From a virus, in IMG/VR virus record IMGVR_UViG_3300010370_000027: DNA of 64,000 bases; one strand, 5' to 3'. A program made the position numbers and the translations under genes. Positions 1 through 8,708 of this stretch are shown here, piece after piece; position 1 is the first letter of the stretch; every line of letters begins with the position of its first letter. The notes beneath the pieces were generated by a model. That model was not told where the DNA came from and did not search any database. It saw only the letters and a program-made list of their open reading frames with translations.

Positions 1-749
1 TAATTCCTAAGGGCCAGCGAGTCGCGAGCCGGCATGTTCTTGATAAATCCTGCGATCTTGGCTCTGTCCTCAATGCCATCGACAGACTGTATCGTGTAGA
101 GAAGGCTGGTTGTCACGTTGTTGTCAGAGGGAAGCCCGAGCTTCTTCTGCTTCTCTGCGAGGACCATCATCTCCTCCTCGTCGCGACCCGTCATGAACTT
201 AAACTTGACGTTCTTCTTCGTCATCGGAAGAACAAACTCAAAGAGATTAGATCCTGGGATGACGGGATCAATCTCTAGCCTCTTTATGGGAAGCTCAGCG
301 AGATTGAACTCGTGAGGTGACTTGACGCCGCACTCGTTGCATTCGAGTTCTACGGCATACTCAGGACCATAGCCCGTGATGCGAATCGCAACCATGAGGG
401 CGTTTCTGTCGCCGCTGAGGAGATCGAGAACGTTCACAGACTTGTCGACGAGACAGGACTTAATGAGCTCTGTGATGACGGTGCCCTTCTTGAGGAGAGC
501 CCTCGACGTGAGGATGTCTTCCTCTCTGGCTGTCATTGCTCGTATCTCAACAGTCTCGACGCCATACAGGGAAGAATCCTGAGAATAGACCTTTCCGTTT
601 GAGGGAAGTGGAACGACCTCTTGAGGAACATCGAGACCGAAATCCGCCTTCACCCTGTCTGCCTGTGACATCTTAGGCATGCGTGGGTCGACACCTGCGG
701 GGCCCTGCGATGCAAAAATTGCGTTCTTCTGTTCTCTATCGTCTGACAT
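1..749 (-). CDS. T4 gp26-like baseplate hub assembly protein (3' end runs off the window; absent from the ORF track)
   Basis: Manual translation from ATG at 749 (AGGAGA upstream): MSDDREQ...VPLPSNGKVY...VEIRAMTAREEDILTS...GDRNALMVAIRITGYGPEY..LECNECG, the typical gp26-family motifs. Confidence 0.75.
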   Translation of the reverse strand, partial: MSDDREQKNAIFASQGPAGVDPRMPKMSQADRVKADFGLDVPQEVVPLPSNGKVYSQDSSLYGVETVEIRAMTAREEDILTSRALLKKGTVITELIKSCLVDKSVNVLDLLSGDRNALMVAIRITGYGPEYAVELECNECGVKSPHEFNLAELPIKRLEIDPVIPGSNLFEFVLPMTKKNVKFKFMTGRDEEEMMVLAEKQKKLGLPSDNNVTTSLLYTIQSVDGIEDRAKIAGFIKNMPARDSLALRN

Positions 750-883
750 GTTGCTTGCTTTCTCCTGTGCTTATGAGGTTATACCAAACCAGGTTCAAGT
801 AAATAGAGCATCGAAAAAAACTGACCCAATATTCAAGCAGAAAGTAACAAGCCACAATTATTATGTAAATTGTGGCAGAAAAG

Positions 884-890
884 ATAATTA
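884..890 (+). promoter_or_regulatory. Putative late promoter heptamer ATAATTA upstream of the plus-strand adhesin island
   Basis: Matches the ATAnTTA motif that recurs upstream of many structural genes. Confidence 0.5.
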
Positions 891-909
891 AGGTAATCAA
901 GGTGAATCA

Positions 910-1305
910 ATGGCATTAAATTATCCCGTACAAGGCGAAGGATTCGTCGCAGCATATCAGGTATCAGCAACACCGTTTGTTACATCGTCGACAGTGGCGA
1001 ACGGAGCAACGAGAGAAATAGTCTTTCCGCAGATATCGAGATTTATGACGATAAAGAACACATCTCCGTCAACGAACACTATTGCAGTGTCGTTCACAGC
1101 AGCGGGCTTCCTGCCTGCCAATTCAAACTACTTCGTTCTCAGCGGCTCGGAGACGTTCACCGGTGAGCTAAGGACGGACAGAGTCTTTATATCGGGTCTC
1201 TCAGGCGCTTCCTCGACCTTTTCGTTGCTCGCAGGTCTCACTTTTATCCCTTCGAAGATGCTAACACCCATCACGGGATCTAATGGTTTTTCAGGAGTAG
1301 GCTGA
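910..1305 (+). CDS. Hypothetical beta-rich virion-associated protein
   Basis: 131 aa, S/T-rich, first gene of a tightly packed plus-strand operon. Confidence 0.55.
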   Translation: MALNYPVQGEGFVAAYQVSATPFVTSSTVANGATREIVFPQISRFMTIKNTSPSTNTIAVSFTAAGFLPANSNYFVLSGSETFTGELRTDRVFISGLSGASSTFSLLAGLTFIPSKMLTPITGSNGFSGVG

Positions 1306-1306
1306 C

Positions 1307-2263
1307 ATGTCAATATCCATAAACACATCAACACGCATAAATGGATCAATAAGAATAGGCTCCGCTTCGGGCGGCGGGGGAGGTGGAGCATCAAATCCGC
1401 CGACGACTCTTGAAGCGCTTGTAGTTGCAGGCGGCGGTGGAGGAGGAAACTCTTATGGCGGTGGCGGCGGCGGCGGCGGACTTAGAACCACATCTTCATT
1501 TTCTGTAACAAGAGGATCTTCTTACGTCGTGACAGTAGGCGCGGGCGGCGCAGGTGGAGTGACAGGTACGCCCGGTGTTATTTCTACATTTCTTCAAGGT
1601 AGCAATGGTTCAGCAAGCGCTCTTGACACTTTTCAATCAGCAGGAGGCGGTGGCGGAGCATCTGTTGCTAATTATGCTGCAGGAACTGGTGGGTCGGGCG
1701 GTGGAGGATCGGGTCTAAACTCAGGATATTATAGCGCAAAACCGACAGGTGCTGCAGGTAACACTCCTGTAACGTCTCCTGCCCAAGGATATGCCGGCGG
1801 TAACGGAGCAAACTCTATAGGAGATCCAGGACGAGGCGGCGGTGGCGGTGGCGGCGCTTCGGCTGTAGGCGAGACAGGTAATGACACAAAGGGAGGCAAC
1901 GGAGGTGCGGGAGCTAGTTCTTCCTTGTCTGGTGTTTCTGTCACATACGCCGGCGGCGGCGGCGGAGGATCATTTAGAACAAATCCTGGGTACGGAGCCG
2001 GTGGGTCTGGTGGCGGTGGTCGTGGAGGAAACGGTCCTACGGGTCCAACTGCAGGAACAGCGAACACAGGTGGTGGCGGGGGCGCTGGTGGCGATACTGG
2101 AACAGCGAACAGACCGGGCGAGGCAGGAGGCTCAGGAATCGTGATCATCAGACACCCGGACACCTATTCACAAGCATCCACAACAGGTAATCCCACGATT
2201 ACAACGTCAGGCGGATATGTAGTATATCAATTTACGGGCAGCGGAACCATCGGATGGAGTTGA
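1307..2263 (+). CDS. Glycine-rich adhesin-like protein (polyglycine domain) with 18-aa N-terminal tag
   Basis: Repeated AGGGGGG tracts; C-terminal GSGIVIIRHP...SGGYVVYQFTGSGTIGW; begins MSISINTSTRINGSIRIG. Confidence 0.7.
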   Translation: MSISINTSTRINGSIRIGSASGGGGGGASNPPTTLEALVVAGGGGGGNSYGGGGGGGGLRTTSSFSVTRGSSYVVTVGAGGAGGVTGTPGVISTFLQGSNGSASALDTFQSAGGGGGASVANYAAGTGGSGGGGSGLNSGYYSAKPTGAAGNTPVTSPAQGYAGGNGANSIGDPGRGGGGGGGASAVGETGNDTKGGNGGAGASSSLSGVSVTYAGGGGGGSFRTNPGYGAGGSGGGGRGGNGPTGPTAGTANTGGGGGAGGDTGTANRPGEAGGSGIVIIRHPDTYSQASTTGNPTITTSGGYVVYQFTGSGTIGWS

Positions 2264-2276
2264 TGGAGTATAACAC

Positions 2277-2639
2277 ATGGCACATTTTGCAAAATTAGAT
2301 CAGAACAACGTAGTCACAGAAGTATGTGTGGTCAATAACTCGGTGATCACAGTTAACGGAGTAGAGTCAGAAGCGGCAGGTATCGCATTCATGAAGTCTA
2401 TCACTGGGCACGACTCCTGGCTGCAGACGAGCTACAATGCGACATTCAGGAAGAACTACGCTGCAGCAGGATACACCTACGATGCAGTTCGTGATGCATT
2501 CATCGCCCCGAAGCCTTTCGCATCGTGGGTCTTAGACGAAGCCACATGTCTCTGGAATCCTCCTGTCGCATATCCGACGGATGGTGGCACATATGTGTGG
2601 GATGAGGGAACGACAAATTGGATCACAACTTCACCTTGA
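2277..2639 (+). CDS. Small Trp-rich tail-fibre-associated or assembly protein
   Basis: MAHFAKLD...WLQTSYN..FRKNYA..GYTYD..RDAFI.PKPF.SW.LDE..C.W..P, a family commonly found next to Gly-rich phage fibre genes; GGAG RBS. Confidence 0.6.
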   Translation: MAHFAKLDQNNVVTEVCVVNNSVITVNGVESEAAGIAFMKSITGHDSWLQTSYNATFRKNYAAAGYTYDAVRDAFIAPKPFASWVLDEATCLWNPPVAYPTDGGTYVWDEGTTNWITTSP

Positions 2640-2669
2640 CGAAATCTCTCGAAGATTTTTATTTATGAG

Positions 2670-2707
2670 AATCTCCTGCTTGACAAATTCAAGCAGGAGA
2701 TTTTTTT
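2670..2707 (+). terminator. Rho-independent terminator
   Basis: AATCTCCTGCTTGA-caaat-TCAAGCAGGAGATT followed by a T run. Confidence 0.8.
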
Positions 2708-2766
2708 AGACTCATCTATCTCTACCTTCCACAATTATTCAAGTTAATTAAGGGTCAATAATATTC

Positions 2767-3150
2767 ATGGCAATATCAATAAATTATCCTGTTGTTATCA
2801 ATGGATCAACAACGTTCGGAAGAAATCAGCAGATTCCATCGATAGTAGAATATCTGATTGTTGCCGGTGGCGGTGGAGGCGGAGGTAGATCTACGTCCGG
2901 GACGAGCGGAGCTGGTGGTAATGGAGGCGGAGGAGCAGGAGCGTCGAACGCGGGAACTGCTAACACGGGCGGTGGAGGAGGTGGATCTCTTCCGTTTAGC
3001 ACCGGTGCTGCTGGAGGTAGCGGGGTCGTCATAATCAGGCATTCGAACGCTTACGGACAGGCGACTGTCACAGGATCTCCGACGATTACAACGTCAGGCG
3101 GATACATAATTTACAAGTTCACAGGTTCAGGAACTATAAGGTGGATCTAA
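2767..3150 (+). CDS. Glycine-rich adhesin paralog with a large in-frame internal deletion
   Basis: Same N-terminal tag and C-terminal domain as the 1307 and 3324 genes, but only 127 aa. Confidence 0.65.
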   Translation: MAISINYPVVINGSTTFGRNQQIPSIVEYLIVAGGGGGGGRSTSGTSGAGGNGGGGAGASNAGTANTGGGGGGSLPFSTGAAGGSGVVIIRHSNAYGQATVTGSPTITTSGGYIIYKFTGSGTIRWI

Positions 3151-3211
3151 GCGGTATCCGTACTCTATTGATTGCACTGATTACCGTTTGGATTCTGTTA
3201 ATACTTATTGT

Positions 3212-3255
3212 GGGTCCGTAAGTTTTTTTGAGGCTTAACTTACGGACCCGCTTTT
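3212..3255 (+). terminator. Hairpin, possible terminator
   Basis: GGGTCCGTAAGTT...AACTTACGGACCC (13-bp stem) followed by GCTTTT. Confidence 0.5.
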
Positions 3256-3323
3256 GTGCCCGATCATCAGCCAGTCTCTCTTCTCGATCATATATAAATT
3301 GTCTATGATTATATCGGAGTCAC

Positions 3324-4241
3324 ATGGCGATCGCGATAAACTCTCCTACGGTTATTAACGGTTCAACAATATTCGGAAGTAGACAGAAGGCGCCTACGTC
3401 CGTAGAATATCTCTTAATTGCCGGAGGTGGCGGCGGTGGAGCAGCATCGGGCGGCGGCGGTGGCGCGGGAGGTTTGCTGTCTGGTAGCTTCTCAGTGACA
3501 ACATTGACGACGTACACTGCCACTATTGGGGCTGGTGGTTCGGGTGGATCCGTGACAACAAACGGATCCACGGGAAGCAATTCACTCATATCAGGTGTAG
3601 GAATCTCCACGGTAACAGCGTTCGGAGGTGGCTTCGGAGCAGCAGCTTATACTGTAGGCGGAGCGGGAGGCTCAGGCGGCGGCGGCGGAACAGGATATAA
3701 CTTCCCATGGGCCTCAGGACAAGGCGGAGGAAGCGGAACTGCAGGTCCTCCACGTCAAGGATACAACGGAGGTGCTGCTGCATCAGATGCCTACTACAAC
3801 TACGGTGGTGGCGGCGGTGGCGGAGCCGGAGCGGCAGGATCAAACGGAATATATAGCAATCCTCCCATCGCCGGTGCTGGGGGTAATGGACTTCAATCCT
3901 CAATCACAGGCGTGACAAAGTTCTACGCAGGCGGCGGTGGCGGCGGCGTTTCGAGAAACAACGGAACACGCGGGACTGGTGGTGGCGGTGGTGGAGGTCT
4001 GGGTGGCCTCTCCAGTGATGGCGAAAATGGAACTGCAGGCCTCGGCGGTGGCGGCGGCGGCGGAGGAACCTACGGAGGAGGCAGCGCCACGGCGGGAGGA
4101 TCTGGTGGTGCGGGAATTGTGATCATTCGTCACCCAGACACTGCGCTTAGAGGTACCACGACAGGTAATCCTATAATTACAGCGTCTGGTGGATATATAA
4201 TCTACCAATTCACGGGTACTGGTACGATCACCTGGAGCTAA
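3324..4241 (+). CDS. Glycine-rich adhesin-like protein with 18-aa N-terminal tag
   Basis: Paralog of 1307..2263; begins MAIAINSPTVINGSTIFG; GGAG RBS. Confidence 0.7.
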   Translation: MAIAINSPTVINGSTIFGSRQKAPTSVEYLLIAGGGGGGAASGGGGGAGGLLSGSFSVTTLTTYTATIGAGGSGGSVTTNGSTGSNSLISGVGISTVTAFGGGFGAAAYTVGGAGGSGGGGGTGYNFPWASGQGGGSGTAGPPRQGYNGGAAASDAYYNYGGGGGGGAGAAGSNGIYSNPPIAGAGGNGLQSSITGVTKFYAGGGGGGVSRNNGTRGTGGGGGGGLGGLSSDGENGTAGLGGGGGGGGTYGGGSATAGGSGGAGIVIIRHPDTALRGTTTGNPIITASGGYIIYQFTGTGTITWS

Positions 4242-4243
4242 CC

Positions 4244-4924
4244 ATGACGATACGAATAAACTCTCAGACAGTAATAAACGGTAAAACGATAATGGGCACA
4301 TCGCAGGGAAACACTGTCCTGTGGGATGCAAGCTCTCTTACTGTAGACCTCGTAGGAAATACAATAACGAATAACGCTGTGACTACAAGTACCTCAATCT
4401 ACACCATTGGCACACAGTCGGCAGCGATCGATGCATACAACGACAGACTTGTTTGGCCTACTTCGACAGCTCCTGGTACACAAGACTTCTTCTACGGAGT
4501 ATGGGCACGTTGGACAAGATACGGATCGGGAGACTCCTGTATGATAGCAGGATTTGGAAACGGATACGACGCTAATACATTGCTTGTGGCTGTGAGAAAT
4601 CCTAGCTACAGCGCTGCTGGTGTGTTCTTGGCGAAGGCCGCTGACTACACCTCGTATACGACGAACTACATACCCACAGAAAACGTATGGCACCACGTAG
4701 CGGTGTCGCGCTCAGGAAACACATACAGAATCTTCGTGGACGGAACGCTCAGGGGAACACACACGATCGCTGGTTTGAACATAACAGCTCCCTTCAGAGT
4801 GGGAAGCGGTTGGTCAACGGGAGAATATCTAAACGGCTACATCAACTCCGCGCAGCTGGTGATCGGTCGCCCTGTTGTGACGAGCAACTTCACAATCACA
4901 TCTCCATCTTACATAGTGACGTGA
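4244..4924 (+). CDS. LamG/concanavalin A-like lectin domain protein with 18-aa N-terminal tag
   Basis: WHHVAVSRSGNTYRIFVDG and FRVGSG...YLNGYI LamG motifs; begins MTIRINSQTVINGKTIMG. Confidence 0.75.
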   Translation: MTIRINSQTVINGKTIMGTSQGNTVLWDASSLTVDLVGNTITNNAVTTSTSIYTIGTQSAAIDAYNDRLVWPTSTAPGTQDFFYGVWARWTRYGSGDSCMIAGFGNGYDANTLLVAVRNPSYSAAGVFLAKAADYTSYTTNYIPTENVWHHVAVSRSGNTYRIFVDGTLRGTHTIAGLNITAPFRVGSGWSTGEYLNGYINSAQLVIGRPVVTSNFTITSPSYIVT

Positions 4925-4974
4925 TAGAATCTTTTAATAAATTAACTGCATAAACGGTCAGTCAGTTTATTGAG

Positions 4975-5931
4975 TTATTTCTGTCGGGCGTGTTGTTCAA
5001 CGTGGCACGATGAGATGTGATAAGGTATTTGAGAATTAAAACCAATAAATGGATGTGTCTTTTCAGTCCATATCTCAAATGACATGTTCATTTTAAGTGC
5101 AAATAATTCGGCAGCATTAAACTTTGCAAGGTTCTTAGGATCTTTTAAATGGCAGCTTGGTTTTAATTCGATCAATAACTTTCGTCCATCTGCGTATTCT
5201 ATTAGGCAGTCGATGACGTAATTTCTAATTTTCTCATCGTGCTCGTATTGAATTCTATACGGTTCCATTTCATATGAAATGATGTCTGCGTTGCTCTCAA
5301 AATAGAGGACAGCATTTAGTTCAAACAAAGATCTGTAGTACACAAGCTTGGACGACTTTTTTGGATTCTCGAAGTATCCATGAACTCTAGTCGCCTTAGT
5401 TAACATACCGTTCTTGACACACTCAGCCTGCCTCAAACTTTGCTTTGCCTTGTTGTCTTCATCAGACCAGTAAGCCTGCATTTGTTCTTTTATTTTTGCT
5501 TTATGAGCATCAGATTTTTTCTTTCCGGAGAGAGAATCTGAAATCTTCTTCGCTCTTTCGGGAGTGTTCATCTTCTCCACTATCGAAGCAATTCTTGGAT
5601 CTTCTTTGGTCAAACCGGCGCACCAGCCTTTTATCTCTCCTCTTTCCCACATTCCTTTGCGAGTCTTAAGGCTCTTCTCTTTGGCCAACTCGTTGTGGCC
5701 CCAATTGTTGTTAATCTTTGCAGCATGCCCCCACACGTATTCAGAATAACCTTGTAGCGGGCCGTGAAACTTGGTTGCAGTTCCACATCCACATTTGCAT
5801 GTAGGTTTGACACCTTTTAACACAACTTCGACATAAAGATCTTCGCTGCTTATATTATGCTTCTTTGAGGCATGAATTCTAAGCGAATTCATATTGTTAA
5901 TTTCATAATCGCAGCTTGGACACTTAAACAT
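4975..5931 (-). CDS. Homing-endonuclease-like protein: C2H2 zinc finger, CxCGCG, NUMOD3-like repeats and TnsA-type PD-(D/E)xK nuclease
   Basis: CPSC...H...H; KCGCG; HKAKI; YRSLFE...EP..I.Y...NYVID......IELKP. Start moved to ATG 5931 (GGAGG upstream). Confidence 0.7.
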   Translation of the reverse strand: MFKCPSCDYEINNMNSLRIHASKKHNISSEDLYVEVVLKGVKPTCKCGCGTATKFHGPLQGYSEYVWGHAAKINNNWGHNELAKEKSLKTRKGMWERGEIKGWCAGLTKEDPRIASIVEKMNTPERAKKISDSLSGKKKSDAHKAKIKEQMQAYWSDEDNKAKQSLRQAECVKNGMLTKATRVHGYFENPKKSSKLVYYRSLFELNAVLYFESNADIISYEMEPYRIQYEHDEKIRNYVIDCLIEYADGRKLLIELKPSCHLKDPKNLAKFNAAELFALKMNMSFEIWTEKTHPFIGFNSQIPYHISSCHVEQHARQK

Positions 5932-6000
5932 AAAAACCTCCACAGGTTAATCCCATAGAGGTAATTATACTTCACCGAATCATTCGGTATAAGACTTCTA

Positions 6001-6492
6001 CTAAAACTGCAAAACGCAATTATCAAAGCGCAACGTGAGGGAGATCTCCATCGGGCCGCCGTCTTCGTAGGTAACTTCACCGAAGTTGGCTTCAGTTATA
6101 AAAGCACCCTTGATGTCCCAGAGCTCCACGACAGTTCCAACGGGATCGAGCATCTTCAATTGGATGTCGCGCTTATAGAAGTCGGCGTATCCTGCACGAC
6201 CTGACACAGACTCGAAGTGGGTGCGGACCCATTCCATGACCTGCTGTGCGCCCGAAGGAGCAATTGGGTCGTGGAGTGTCACTGGGATCGTGTTGAATGT
6301 GGTCTTGCCGGCGAGGTAACGACGGCTGTTTATGAAGGGGACTTCGACCTCTTCCGTCGCGATCGTCGGTCGAGATGTCGTCTTGATGATGTAGGCGTCG
6401 ATGCCTTCAATCATGAGTACCCAACGATTCTTACGCTTGGGTTCGAATTTCGCGGGAATCATTGATTCAACGTTGAGTGTCTCAGCAGCCAT
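6001..6492 (-). CDS. gp19: Tail tube protein (T4 gp19-like)
   Basis: FEPKRKNRW...RP...DPIAPSGAQQVMEW...YKRDIQLKMLDPVG.VVE.W.IKGAF; 163 aa; downstream of the sheath genes. Confidence 0.9.
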   Translation of the reverse strand: MAAETLNVESMIPAKFEPKRKNRWVLMIEGIDAYIIKTTSRPTIATEEVEVPFINSRRYLAGKTTFNTIPVTLHDPIAPSGAQQVMEWVRTHFESVSGRAGYADFYKRDIQLKMLDPVGTVVELWDIKGAFITEANFGEVTYEDGGPMEISLTLRFDNCVLQF

Positions 6493-6602
6493 GTTATTTT
6501 CTCCTTTGATCTTAGCAGAGTGATCAAGATTAACTATGAAAAAAAATTTTTTTTTACTATTTTTTTAACGAATTTATAATTCGAACAGAGGTACAAGAAT
6601 AG

Positions 6603-8261
6603 ATGGGTGCAGTTAAAGGCAGAGAGATGAGAGAGGTACAGTGTCCCCTTTGCTCCTCCTTCAAGAGCAAACGGCTGACGGCGTTCGAGGCTCACCTCGG
6701 TGGTGCTCACGCTACGACTGCGAAAGACTTGTGGGACTCCATGAACGGAGGACCCGGAAAGTGTGCGTGTGGGTGTGGCACAGAGACAAAATGGAAGAGT
6801 TGGTGGGACGGCTACTCAAGCGTTGTGAACGGTCACAACGGATCGATATACGCGGTGTGCTCTCCCGAGGAGGCCGAGGAAATATCGAGGAAGCGGTCGG
6901 ATGCGCTGAGAGGTAAATCGACTTGGTCCAAGGGGCTCACGAAGGAAACGGACGAGAGAGTTCGTCTCCGCGGAGAGGCAACGGCTAGAGGTCGAAAAGC
7001 GTCATTCGACTCGGGAGCGCTGACGTCTTGGAACAAGGGTGCGAGCACTGAGTCTGACGTGAGAGTGAAGAATGCATCCGAAAACTTGAAGAAGAGATAT
7101 GCGGAGGGTGAGATCGTCCCATGGGCAAAAGGTCTCTCCAAAGATTCCGACGTACGGGTTGCAAACATGGCCGCTCGGGTCTCACTAACGATGAGACGTG
7201 ACAACATCCGCAGAAGACTCGACGCTATGAAACGTCTCCCTACAGAAGAGATCAAGTCGAGAATAGAAGACCTCGGAATGTTGAAGGTAATCGGCGGGCT
7301 AGAGGAGTACGTCAACGACGCACAGAAGGTGATACAAGTGGAGTGCGGGGGCTGTGGCGAGCAGTTCACAGGATCCCTCAGGTCGCTACAGTATGGTAAA
7401 TGCTTTAAGTGCTCTCCTGGTGGATCGGCTGCGCAGGAGAGATTGGCCAAGTGGATTGAGAAGCTAGGAGTCGAAGTGAAGAGAAACGACAGGTCATCTC
7501 TCGACAACGGTCTCGAGCTCGACATACACGCGATAGGATCGTCTTTTGCCGTCGAATACAACGGCCTCTATTGGCATTCTCACGCGAACAGATCGACGTT
7601 ATACCACTCCAATAAGACTGCGGCCGCAGGACGTTCAGGAATAAGTCTGATGCACGTATTTGAGGACGAGTGGAGGGACAAGTCAGAGATAGTCAAGTCC
7701 ATGATTCTCTCCCGCCTCGGCATGTCTCCTAGCAAAATTGGGGCACGAAAATGCTCTGTGAGGGAATTGAGTTCTCAGGAGAGAAAAGCCTTCTTTGAAG
7801 AAAACCACATCGATGGCGACACTGCGGCGGCGCGCGCTTGGGGATTAGTGTACGACGAATCGACCGTCTATGCGGTATCGATCAGGAAGCCGTTCCACAA
7901 ACGAGAGTCAACAATGGAAGTCGCGAGATGTTGTCCAAAGAAAGGATGCAATGTGCAGGGTGGCCTAAGTCGTCTCATGAAGACTGTAGCGGAAGAATGC
8001 AGAAAAGAAGGCATCAAGAACCTAATGACTTACGTGGACACTCGCCTCGGTGGCGCGGGCGAAGGTTACGAGAAGGCAGGTTTCAAGGCGATCAGCAAGA
8101 CTCCGCCGCGATTTTGGTGGACAGACTTCACGAATCGTTTCAACAGATTCAAGTACAAGGCTGACTCGAAGAACGGACTGACGGAAGCAGCAGTTGCAGA
8201 GACCGCAGGTGTCGTGAAGATATGGGGTTGCGAGAACATAGTCTACACGATGGAAATATAG
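6603..8261 (+). CDS. Hef-like homing endonuclease with N-terminal zinc finger and GLTKETDERV-type repeats
   Basis: ELDI......AVEYNGLYWHS...HVFEDEW (Vsr/DUF559-like), then ARKC...ENH...GGLSRL...TYVD; opposite strand to its neighbours. Confidence 0.7.
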   Translation: MGAVKGREMREVQCPLCSSFKSKRLTAFEAHLGGAHATTAKDLWDSMNGGPGKCACGCGTETKWKSWWDGYSSVVNGHNGSIYAVCSPEEAEEISRKRSDALRGKSTWSKGLTKETDERVRLRGEATARGRKASFDSGALTSWNKGASTESDVRVKNASENLKKRYAEGEIVPWAKGLSKDSDVRVANMAARVSLTMRRDNIRRRLDAMKRLPTEEIKSRIEDLGMLKVIGGLEEYVNDAQKVIQVECGGCGEQFTGSLRSLQYGKCFKCSPGGSAAQERLAKWIEKLGVEVKRNDRSSLDNGLELDIHAIGSSFAVEYNGLYWHSHANRSTLYHSNKTAAAGRSGISLMHVFEDEWRDKSEIVKSMILSRLGMSPSKIGARKCSVRELSSQERKAFFEENHIDGDTAAARAWGLVYDESTVYAVSIRKPFHKRESTMEVARCCPKKGCNVQGGLSRLMKTVAEECRKEGIKNLMTYVDTRLGGAGEGYEKAGFKAISKTPPRFWWTDFTNRFNRFKYKADSKNGLTEAAVAETAGVVKIWGCENIVYTMEI

Positions 8262-8314
8262 AAAGGTCAGGAATCTCTTCCTGACCCATCCATTCCGATT
8301 TCTTAGAGGTCTAG

Positions 8315-8701
8315 TCAGCGATTAGCTCGGACGGCTGCGGCCCAAGTGCCGTCGTCGTCCTCATCAGTATCTGTCTGAGCTGCCTCGTGCGCATCCTTGA
8401 GATAGTCAGCCAAGCCTGTATGGAAGTGGCTCAGTGCGGCCTGAAGGTCTTCCACTTCCTCTGCTGTGATGCTCTCTCCTCGACCGTCGAGAATCATGTC
8501 GAGATTCTTCCTGTCTTCGCGGGAAAGAGCAGCATAGGCTCGAGCGAAGTCCATGAGGTCGTCGACCGACATGGGCCCCTCTTCCTCTGTGTCCATCGGA
8601 TCCATCCTGTCCTCGATGAGGCGCCTGTTCTGACGCTCCAGAAGGGCTGAGGAAATCTCCTCGTTAATAAGGTCAGTTAACTGTTGACGTGTTATTCTCA
8701 T
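8315..8701 (-). CDS. Acidic hypothetical protein with putative capsid-targeting N-terminus
   Basis: Begins MRITRQQLTDLINEE; GAGG RBS. Confidence 0.6.
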   Translation of the reverse strand: MRITRQQLTDLINEEISSALLERQNRRLIEDRMDPMDTEEEGPMSVDDLMDFARAYAALSREDRKNLDMILDGRGESITAEEVEDLQAALSHFHTGLADYLKDAHEAAQTDTDEDDDGTWAAAVRANR

Positions 8702-8708
8702 TTATTCC

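Noticed and set aside
2120-4241. Diversity-generating retroelement (TR/VR pair) among the similar 3' ends of the Gly-rich genes
   Set aside because: Differences are mostly synonymous and involve all four bases rather than adenines only, and no reverse transcriptase is in the window.
910-4924. Invertible (shufflon-type) cassette explaining the plus-strand adhesin islands
   Set aside because: I saw no flanking inverted repeats and no recombinase gene in the window, and each island has its own promoter-like motif.
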